This document shows positions 1-6,592 of a DNA stretch of 64,000 nt, in pieces; the stretch's first letter is position 1; each line of letters starts with the position of its first letter. The position numbers were made by a program, and so were the translations under genes. The stretch comes from Candidatus Methylomirabilota bacterium. Its GTDB lineage: Bacteria; Desulfobacterota; Binatia; Bin18. The stretch is taken from positions 369-64,368 of the forward strand of contig DATLYA010000005.1 in assembly GCA_035575235.1 (NCBI GenBank), written 5' to 3'. Under the pieces are notes generated by a model that was not told the DNA's origin, searched no databases, and saw only the letters and a program-made list of their open reading frames with translations.

Positions 1-71
1 GCGGCTTTCGGACCGGCGTTGTCCCCCTCGCGCTCAGGCGCCACCTTCGGCGGTATCAGAGGAGGCAGAAC

Positions 72-308
72 ATGGAAAAACGAGTAGAGATCTATACAAG
101 CCTGACCTGAGCCCCGTGCCGGGCAGCGAAAGAGTTCCTTTCGCAAAAGGGCGTGCCATTTGTCGACTATAACGTGGTGGAGGACACTGAGGCCCGGGAG
201 CGACTGAAGCAATTGACCGGTCGCATGGCGACGCCAGTAATCACAGTTGACGATGAGATCATCGTGGGCTTCGATCGCGGCAAGCTGCAGCGCCTGCTTG
301 GTGTGTAG
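72..308 (+). CDS. Glutaredoxin-like (YruB/NrdH-type) selenoprotein; in-frame UGA 108-110 gives redox motif U-A-P-C
   Basis: ATG 72 after GAGGAGG RBS. Translation MEKRVEIYTSLT[U]APCRAAKEFLSQKGVPFVDYNV...TPVITVDDEIIVGFDRGKLQRLLGV, TAG stop 306-308. The UGA sits where the first Cys of the Grx CPxC motif belongs. Hairpin 126-144 downstream. Confidence 0.85.
126..144 (+). promoter_or_regulatory. Candidate SECIS hairpin for UGA 108-110
   Basis: Perfect 7-bp stem GCGAAAG/CTTTCGC with loop AGUUC, starting 15 nt after the UGA. Confidence 0.6.
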
Positions 309-318
309 GAGAGAGGCG

Positions 319-594
319 ATGCCATCCCTAAGCTGCCTTGGTTGCGGAGAAGAAGTTGATATCAGCGGCCTGAAAGAAGGTGACCGCTTTGAGTGCGCTC
401 ATTGTGCCGGCCTCATTCTTGAGCTTGTGCGCCAGGAGGGCGAACTCACCTTGCGGCAGGTCCATCAGGTGAGCTGTCCCCTGTGCAGCCATATGCTTGA
501 AGTACCAGAGTACGCCAAAGCAGGGGACGCCATGACCTGCTGCGGTCGGACATTCCGGCTCACATACGAGTTTGGCACCTACGCGCTGGAGTAA
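319..594 (+). CDS. Double zinc-ribbon protein (LysW-like CxxC...CxxC, twice)
   Basis: MPSLSCLGCGEEVD...FECAHCAGLILEL...VSCPLCSHMLEV...MTCCGRTF. ATG 319 lies 10 nt after the Grx stop. The longer track ORF (247..594) overlaps the Grx gene. Confidence 0.6.
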   Translation: MPSLSCLGCGEEVDISGLKEGDRFECAHCAGLILELVRQEGELTLRQVHQVSCPLCSHMLEVPEYAKAGDAMTCCGRTFRLTYEFGTYALE

Positions 595-781
595 ACAACC
601 TGACCACGGCGTGGGATACCTTTGCTTCCGCTCTTTTCATCGAAAAAGGGACGCCGGAGCTATTCTAGACCGCTTTGACGTTAGCGGCGCGACCAGCAGT
701 TTCCTCGGAGTCTCCGTCATCATGCCTTGGCCCCAGTGACCTCCTGCCTTTCCCGGCCGCTTTGCTTTCCCACCTCCCCTC

Positions 782-813
782 TTGACCTTCTCCTATACTG
801 GAAGGTGTAGCTT
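782..813 (+). promoter_or_regulatory. MerR/CueR-type promoter-operator (long-spacer promoter with dyad)
   Basis: TTGACC (782-787), about 20-bp spacer, TAGCTT (808-813). Dyad ACCTTC-N10-GAAGGT at 785-806 inside the spacer. It resembles the CueR box of E. coli PcopA as I recall it. Confidence 0.6.
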
Positions 814-834
814 AACGTTGTGGAGGTCGTACCT

Positions 835-1299
835 ATGGCCGAGATGTTCATTGGAGAACTGGCTGCCCAGCTCGGGCTCAATCCGCGCACGCTGCGCTAC
901 TATGAAAATCTCGGCTTGCTTCCAGCGCCCGGTCGCACCGTGCACGGCTATCGCGTGTACGGCGAGGAGACCGCTCAGCGGCTGGCCTTTATTGCCAAGG
1001 CCAAAAGCCTCGGGCTCACTCTGAAGGAGATCCGGCAGATTCTCGCTCTGCGCGACAGTGGGCGGCTCCCCTGCGCCTCGGTACAGCGGCTCCTGCAGGA
1101 GCATGTCGCCCGCATCGACCGCCAACTCGCCCACTTGCAGGCGCTGAAGGCAGACCTGACCACCCTGCTCGACGGCTGGCGGCCGGAGAGGCAGCGCAAC
1201 GGGCAGGTTGTGCCCGGCGCCATCTGCCCCCGTATCGAGGCCAGCGGTGCGACCCCAAGAAAGTGCAACGCCACCAGGAAAGGAGATGAACGTCCATGA
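835..1299 (+). CDS. MerR-family heavy-metal-responsive transcriptional regulator
   Basis: MAEMFIGELAAQLGLNPRTLRYYENLGLLPAP...GYRVYGEE HTH, then a coiled-coil dimerisation helix. Cys80 is at the position used by divalent-metal MerR sensors; C-terminal Cys residues are present. TGA stop overlaps the next ATG. Confidence 0.9.
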   Translation: MAEMFIGELAAQLGLNPRTLRYYENLGLLPAPGRTVHGYRVYGEETAQRLAFIAKAKSLGLTLKEIRQILALRDSGRLPCASVQRLLQEHVARIDRQLAHLQALKADLTTLLDGWRPERQRNGQVVPGAICPRIEASGATPRKCNATRKGDERP

Positions 1300-1463
1300 C
1301 CAAGACTGTCTCGCTCTGCCCAAACTGTGACGCCTGTCCGATGGTCGAAATCGACGATCAGGAGGTACGTATCGGTGAGGAAGGGAACCTCGTGAAGTTA
1401 ACTCTGGCCGAGTGGAACGTCCTCGTGCAGGCGATTAAAGCCGGCGAGCTCGACGAACTGTAA
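1296..1463 (+). CDS. Small Cys-rich protein (55 aa, CPNCDACP motif), translationally coupled to merR-like gene
   Basis: ATGA overlap with the regulator stop, AGGAG RBS at 1281-1285. MTKTVSLCPNCDACPMVEIDDQEVRIGEEGNLVKLTLAEWNVLVQAIKAGELDEL. Below the ORF-track size cutoff. Confidence 0.5.
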   Translation: MTKTVSLCPNCDACPMVEIDDQEVRIGEEGNLVKLTLAEWNVLVQAIKAGELDEL

Positions 1464-1530
1464 CCCCCAGTACCAGGTTAAATCGAACCACATGACATTC
1501 GTACACTTGACGATGTGACCATCCATGGTT

Positions 1531-1590
1531 GTCATTCTGAGCGTAGCGAAGAATCTGACTGTGAGACCCTTCGCTTCACTCAGGGTGACA
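1531..1590. repeat. Palindromic intergenic repeat (GTCATTCTGAGCG..GAAGAATC / ..CTCAGGGTGAC family)
   Basis: Imperfect inverted repeat. A related copy lies at 62306-62397, with cousins at 47794-47870 and 53178-53247. Confidence 0.6.
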
Positions 1591-1754
1591 TAGCTAGTGA
1601 GCCAATCTCCTGTGGACTAATTTAGACCTCACTACCCTGGCTCTTTCTGCAAAGAGGAAAGAACGCTCTTCCTCGCAATGGAGAAGGTCTGGGTGAGGGT
1701 TGTGCAAAGGAGAACGAAGGCGGGCGAACCCTCTTCAGGAAAAGAAGTGAAGCG

Positions 1755-2054
1755 ATGGCACTGAAAGTCGTAGGTGCAAAAATCTCCTGCATGATCGGGA
1801 CGCTGTTCGCCCTCCCCTGGTGATGACTGCTACCATGGATCTTCTCCCTGCTCGGGTCAGCAGGGGTCGGAGTCGCAGCAGTATGGGTCGGGAAATTCAC
1901 GCCGGTGTTTCTCGTGATTTCCCTCGCCTTCCTTGGGCGAGCCCACTACCTGCTCTACCGGCGGCAACACGGAAACCGGCTGAGCAGGACATTGGTGTGG
2001 TTCTCAACGGTTACCGCAGTAGCTCTGTGGGCCTATCGGTTTGGAGTCATGTAA
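1755..2054 (+). CDS. MerT-like small membrane protein with tandem selenocysteines (UGA-UGA 1821-1826) replacing the CC pair
   Basis: MALKVVGAKISCMIGTLFALPW[UU]LLPWIFSLLGSAGVGVAAVWVGKFTPVFLVISLAFLGRAHYLLYRR...; single open frame apart from the two TGA. Aligns to the Cys paralogue 25764-26103 (LLSTCCRGPTLYVLFGVSVGG...GLLGYAFHHLYIR) and to the MerT ACCLGPLVL motif. Confidence 0.75.
1846..1865 (+). promoter_or_regulatory. Candidate SECIS hairpin for UGA-UGA 1821-1826
   Basis: CCCTGC/GCAGGG 6-bp stem with loop UCGGGUCA, 19 nt after the second UGA. Confidence 0.45.
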
Positions 2055-2070
2055 CAAGGAGGCGTCACCC

Positions 2071-2421
2071 ATGGAAAAAACAAAGAGAGTGATAGGGCTG
2101 ATCGCGTGTCTGCTCCTCCTGTCAGGTTTGCCGCATCCCTTTGTGGCGCAGGCCGCAGCAGGAGAGCGGGTGAAAGTCCAAGTAGCGGGGATGGTGTGAC
2201 AGTTCTGAGCGTATAACGTCAAGGCGGCCGTGAGCCGCTTGGATTTTGCTCCCTCCATTAACGAGATGAAAGTGGACTTGGAGGCGGGGACGCTAGAGTT
2301 CACTGCCCGTGCAGGCACGCGCATTGATCAGGAAAAGTTGAAGAAGGCCATTGAGGATGCGGGGTATAAGGTGGAAGGGATAGAGATGACCACCACGAGA
2401 AACAACGAAGGCACGCCATGA
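2071..2421 (+). CDS. MerP-like periplasmic heavy-metal-associated (HMA) protein with UxxU metal site (UGA 2197-2199 and 2206-2208)
   Basis: AAGGAGG RBS and signal peptide MEKTKRVIGLIACLLLLSGL...AQA. ERVKVQVAGMV[U]QF[U]AYNVKAAVSRL...KLKKAIEDAGYKVEG matches the HMA GMxCxxC fold. The Cys paralogue at 26141-26419 has GMSCAMC. Confidence 0.85.
2222..2240 (+). promoter_or_regulatory. Candidate SECIS hairpin for UGA 2197/2206
   Basis: 7-bp stem AAGGCGG.C/GCCGCUU (one G-U pair) with loop CGUGA, 13 nt after the second UGA. Confidence 0.5.
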
Positions 2422-3383
2422 CTGCAGGAGCCTTCGTGACCACAGCGTTCGGGATGGCCTGGGCGACCTTGCACTATATCGTCTTTTACCGCTTTGCTAT
2501 CGGGTTTGCCTTCTTCTTCTCTGTGCTCCTCCAGTTCTTCTTCCCCGCTGAGAGGTGGCTGCAAGTTATCCGTAAACATTCAGGGCCTATACCGATTCTG
2601 GCTGCGGCCGGCTTGGGGCTCACAACGTCGCCGGGCCGTCAGGCAATAGAGAACAACTTTTTCCAGCTGGTAGCTGTGAAAGCTCCGCTGACCGCGCTGG
2701 TGGCATACTTGATCTGCAGCCACAATTTGACGGTCTACTATCTCCTAATGCTGGGGCCGCTGCTCGGCAAGGACGTGCTCTTCTCACACGTGCTTGGGGG
2801 CGTGATGGTTTTCATCACCGCCAGTCTCGGCCTCAGCCTTGTTTTTGGCAAGACTCATAAGCCTGGCAAGCTTGAGGCGAACGAGGACGCTGCCGTTGCC
2901 CAACCCACTGTGCGGCTGGAGAGGCTCGTTCGGGCAGTGGGCTCGGAGCTGTGGGCAACAGGTCCCCTAGTCCTTTACGGCCTGCTGCTCGGTGGTCTCA
3001 TTGCCGCGTGGGGACTTTCTCCCTGGCACGTTGTCCCAGTGACCCTTTTGGGGAGCGGTCTGACCGCGCAAGTCACCAACGCCGTCCTTGGGCTTGGAGT
3101 ATCTTTTCTGACCTGGATGAGCCCCGTCGCAAACCTCTTTGTTGGCACCTATATCTGGAAGGTGGGCATCGCTCATGCGGGGCTCGTGAGTTTTTTCTTT
3201 GCCAGCCTCGTCTCCTGGCCGCGGGTACGCCTGTACCAAAGAACCCTGGGAGATAGACAGGGTGCAGTTTTCGCCATTGTACTGGCTCTAGCGGCTCTCG
3301 CAGCGGGGCTCCTCGTGGCGCTCTTCTTTCACGTCACCGGCCTGTCTATCCACTACAAGCTCATTGCTCAGCAGATGCTGTAG
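2418..3383 (+). CDS. Polytopic inner-membrane permease (possibly COG0701/ArsP_1-like)
   Basis: ATGA overlap with the MerP-like stop. 321 aa, about 8-10 hydrophobic spans. The family call is from general resemblance only. Confidence 0.7.
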   Translation: MTAGAFVTTAFGMAWATLHYIVFYRFAIGFAFFFSVLLQFFFPAERWLQVIRKHSGPIPILAAAGLGLTTSPGRQAIENNFFQLVAVKAPLTALVAYLICSHNLTVYYLLMLGPLLGKDVLFSHVLGGVMVFITASLGLSLVFGKTHKPGKLEANEDAAVAQPTVRLERLVRAVGSELWATGPLVLYGLLLGGLIAAWGLSPWHVVPVTLLGSGLTAQVTNAVLGLGVSFLTWMSPVANLFVGTYIWKVGIAHAGLVSFFFASLVSWPRVRLYQRTLGDRQGAVFAIVLALAALAAGLLVALFFHVTGLSIHYKLIAQQML

Positions 3384-3394
3384 GAGGAGCGGTC

Positions 3395-4288
3395 ATGGCA
3401 AAGCGGCAGTTTGGCGTCACAGTGGTTGTTGCAATCCTCTTGCTCCTGGGTGGGAAAGAGAGCCCGGCCCTGCCTATCCGTACGACTGATCCGAATGTCG
3501 GCATCTTCTCTGGCTCAGCCGCTCTGGGTCGAGTGGAGTTCGCAGAGGCGTCGAGGCCAGGGGTAGACGTCTCCGCTACGATCGTGCCCACCATGTTCCT
3601 CTATAGTCCCACGACTTACAGCGCGTTTGGCATTGTCGCCCCCTACGTAGAAAAACGCCTGAATCTCAAAGGCAAGGGAGACGAATTCACCCAGGGGATT
3701 TCTGATATCATGCTTCTCGGTCGGTACAAATTCTTTAGCCTGCCACAGAAGCAGGCGTGGAATCAGGCAGCGTTTCAGCTCACGCTCAAGCTCCCCACAG
3801 GTCCGACCGACAGACGTATCAACCTTCCCGTGCCTCCATCGGTAAAGCGGGCGTTGCAGCCTGGAACGGGCTCGACCGATTTCATCTTTGAGTTCGCCGG
3901 TGGCAGGTTCACCACCCGTTACAACCTGCTGGCCAACATCGGCTATCGGCTGAACACCGAAGATGATGAGATCTCCTTTGGCGACCAATTTTTTGTGAAG
4001 ACGGACCTTGAATACTTCCTTTTTCCGTGGCTGACACGAAAACATGGCCAAGAAGTCATTAGCCTGCTCGAGTTCAGCTTTGTCCATGCTGAACGAGATC
4101 AATTCAAGGACAGAGGCGTGCCCAACAGCGGTGGCAACAGCTTCTTCCTTGCCCCCGGTCTTCAATGGATTGTGAGTGAGCGGTTCCTGGTGGAAACCTC
4201 GATCCAGCTTCCCCTATCTCAAGACTTGGCGGGTAAACAGCCTATGCTCGACCAGAGTGTGCTGGTTGGAGTTCGCTTTGTGTACTGA
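3395..4288 (+). CDS. Outer-membrane beta-barrel protein (MetA-pathway/transporter-like)
   Basis: AGGAGGAG RBS, signal peptide, alternating beta-strand pattern, C-terminal ...VGVRFVY aromatic terminus. Confidence 0.7.
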   Translation: MAKRQFGVTVVVAILLLLGGKESPALPIRTTDPNVGIFSGSAALGRVEFAEASRPGVDVSATIVPTMFLYSPTTYSAFGIVAPYVEKRLNLKGKGDEFTQGISDIMLLGRYKFFSLPQKQAWNQAAFQLTLKLPTGPTDRRINLPVPPSVKRALQPGTGSTDFIFEFAGGRFTTRYNLLANIGYRLNTEDDEISFGDQFFVKTDLEYFLFPWLTRKHGQEVISLLEFSFVHAERDQFKDRGVPNSGGNSFFLAPGLQWIVSERFLVETSIQLPLSQDLAGKQPMLDQSVLVGVRFVY

Positions 4289-4363
4289 CAGAAAGGACAC
4301 CCAACGGCTCTGCCGCACGCTACACGGTTTCGTGTTCACCCCCACAGATCGCGCCCTCGGTTA

Positions 4364-4660
4364 TCACTCCACTAACTCCGCCCACATGGCGCTATGGGCT
4401 GTCGCCTCACCAATCACCGCCGCCGCCAGGACGCCTTCATTTAGCAACGCGCGTGCAAGCGCCTCCGCCTCGCGTTCAGGCACGGCGATCAAAAGTCCAC
4501 CTGACGTTTGTGGATCAAACGCCACTTCGTTCAGATCCTGGGGGACGCGCGGATCGACGCGCACTTTATCCGCCACATACGTACGATTGCGCTTGCTACC
4601 TCCGGTGACGTACCCTTCCAACGCGAGCCGCAGAGCGCCAGGCAATAGAGGCAGCGCGGC
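4364..4660 (-). pseudogene. selD: 3' remnant of selenophosphate synthetase gene (about 98 C-terminal codons only)
   Basis: ...LPLLPGALRLALEGYVTGGSKRN...AFDPQTSGGLLIAVPEREAEALARALLNEGVLAAAVIGE matches the SelD C-terminus (LPG..GG..RN...DPQTSGGLL). Homology stops near 4660, where the opposite-strand AhpD-like ORF begins. Confidence 0.7.
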
Positions 4661-4663
4661 AGC

Positions 4664-5548
4664 ATGCTGCCAGATGCGGCGATAGATGCCATTCACCGAG
4701 TAGTGACAGATTCCGGCCGGCTCACGCAGTCCTGGTTTCAGCAGACGATGGCGTCTGGAGAAATCACTGATGCGCAGTATGTGGAGATTATCGATGTAGT
4801 GGTGACGGTGGTCAGCATCGACAGCTTTTGTCGCGGCATTGGGGTTCCGCTGCATCCACTCCCTGAACCACAAGAGGGAGAACCGTCGCGCTATCGCCCT
4901 GCGACAGCTCAACTACAGGAAGCCTGGGTGCCTATGATTCCGGTAGAGGGAGCGACCGGGGCCGAAGCTGACCTGTGGAATCCCACAGGGCGGGTCGGCA
5001 ACGTGATCCGCGCCTTAAGTTTGATTCCTGACGCGGTGCGTCAGCTCATGGACCTGAGCAACGCCCACTACGTGCCTCGTGATCGCTTGATGGATTTCAC
5101 GTGGAGCCGGTCGTTGTCGCGTGCGCAAATGGAACTGATCGCGGGTCGCGTCTCAGCGCTCCGGGGGTGTTTCTATTGAACGACCGCGCACGCAATGCTG
5201 CTCCGGGCGAGCGGCCAGGCGACCGGTCAAGCCTTCGACCTCCACGCAGTGACTGAGGGAACGACCACAGTGAGAAGCGGAGTAGCCCATGAAGAAACCC
5301 TCGTAGCATCGGCGGAAGCAATGGTTAGTGACGACGAGCAGGCGCTGGCAACCGCTCGTACACGCGTCCTCGAAGAATTGGGACCTGAGGCGCTGGTTGA
5401 TGCGGCTGGGGTAGCGTCGAACTTCGAGCGGATGGTCCGCATTGCCGATGCTACGGGCATTCCCTTGGACAGCTTTCTCGATGAGATGACTGTCGACCTG
5501 AGAACGGAGCTGCACTTGACCCGGTTTGAGTCCGTCACGAACGTCTAG
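4664..5548 (+). CDS. AhpD/CMD-family (alkylhydroperoxidase-like) selenoprotein, motif C-F-Y-U (UGA 5177-5179)
   Basis: Track ORFs 4664..5179 and 5195..5548 are in the same frame, separated only by TGA. ...RVSALRGCFY[U]TTAHAMLL matches the AhpD-family N-x-C-x-Y-C-x-x-x-H signature. The 5' end may be truncated at the selD junction. Confidence 0.8.
5197..5215 (+). promoter_or_regulatory. Candidate SECIS hairpin for UGA 5177-5179
   Basis: GCUGCUC/GAGCGGC 7-bp stem (one G-U) with loop CGGGC, 17 nt after the UGA. Confidence 0.5.
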
Positions 5549-5738
5549 GAGAGCAACTCTCCGCTGTGGCGCCTCCTCGTCATTGCATTTGCACGGTCGG
5601 AAGCATGGCTTGTGTTCGGATTGCACAGTGGTGACGGGGACGTTCCAAGAGGACTTCCAGACGGGAGGAGCAACTCGTCACCAGCAGCCTACCCACGAGG
5701 AGCATCGTGAAGAAGTATCAAGAAGAGAGGAGGAAGTG

Positions 5739-6116
5739 ATGCAGAAACGGGGAGTGAGCTTTTTTCTGACCATCGGCGCAATAACTGTGGTCTCTCTTGC
5801 CGGAGGAACTTGGGTCCACGCGCAACAACACGCGGTCGCCAGAGCGGCGATTTCGGAGTCGCCGCCGATTCCGCCTGATCAGATTCCACAGCATATCCGG
5901 GATGCAGTGAATGCAGCCGACCGTCCCGCAGCGGACAAGAGTCTCGACGCCGGACGCAAACCTGAGCAGATGCTGGCGTTTTTCGGGATTCAGTCAGGAA
6001 TGAACGTTGCGGACCTTTCCGCCGGCGGTGGATACACCACTGAGCTGCTCTCGCGCGCCGTCGGGCCGACCGGTACCGTGTATTCACAGAATCCTCCCTT
6101 TCCGCGTTCTTGTTAA
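5739..6116 (+). pseudogene. Exported class I SAM-dependent methyltransferase, apparently 3'-truncated
   Basis: GAGAGGAGGA RBS. MQKRGVSFFLTIGAITVV... signal, then DRPAADKSLDAGRKPEQMLAFFGIQSGMNVADLSAGGGYTTELLSRAVGPTGTVYSQNP. It stops about 125 aa in, and no continuation appears in any frame. Confidence 0.5.
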
Positions 6117-6592
6117 CAAGTAGGGGCAGTAGTGATCGTGCTATGGAGCAGAAGTGGAGACAAGGCCTGTTGCGGTTGCTCCTGCTAGGGCTGGTGATGT
6201 TCCACTCTGTTCTGGGAACAGGGAGTACGTCTATTCCGTCCTGTTCCACATGCGTACATACGCGCCATCGTGCCGGTGGCTGTGCGGGTCATCATCCCGG
6301 AGCCCATTGTCCGCTCACACTGCGCGAGCAGAAGAGAATTCCTGCTCTTTCGTGTGCGCTGAGTTGTCGCCATCATCATCGCTCTGCTGGCGTGCCTGCA
6401 GCAGGCGAATGGTTTCTGCTGTCCGGCAATATCAGGTTACCCCTTCCTCTTTTCTTGCGTTTTACAGGACCATTTTTCCACCCCGCCTCTCCTGATGGTT
6501 ATCCCACTTTGCTCTTCAGACCCCCTCCTCTCTTTCGTGTCTGATCCCAAATTTTTGCTTTTTTACTGACAGACCCCAGAGGATCATCCTCC

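Noticed and set aside
1-71. Partial gene at the left edge
   Set aside because: Seventy-one nt with all three frames open or ambiguous. Nothing can be supported.
247-318. N-terminal extension of track ORF 247..594
   Set aside because: It overlaps the 3' end of the Grx-like gene in another frame. ATG 319 gives a compact zinc-ribbon protein starting right after the Grx stop.
1821-1826. TGA-TGA as a reinforced double stop ending a 22-codon peptide, with the downstream part non-coding
   Set aside because: The downstream 76 codons stay open in the same frame, are TM-like, and align to MerT and to the in-window Cys paralogue with UU exactly on the CC pair. A SECIS-like hairpin follows.
4661-4912. 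Full-length 182-aa minus-strand ORF 4364..4912 as an intact gene
   Set aside because: Only the C-terminal 98 or so residues resemble SelD. The N-terminal part is antisense to the AhpD-like gene and has no SelD features, with no glycine-rich ATP site or Cys/Sec loop.
5526-5738. Upstream extension of the methyltransferase ORF (5526 start)
   Set aside because: The extension is Arg/Ser-rich, overlaps the AhpD-like gene end, and precedes a strong RBS plus ATG at 5739, which is followed by a signal peptide.
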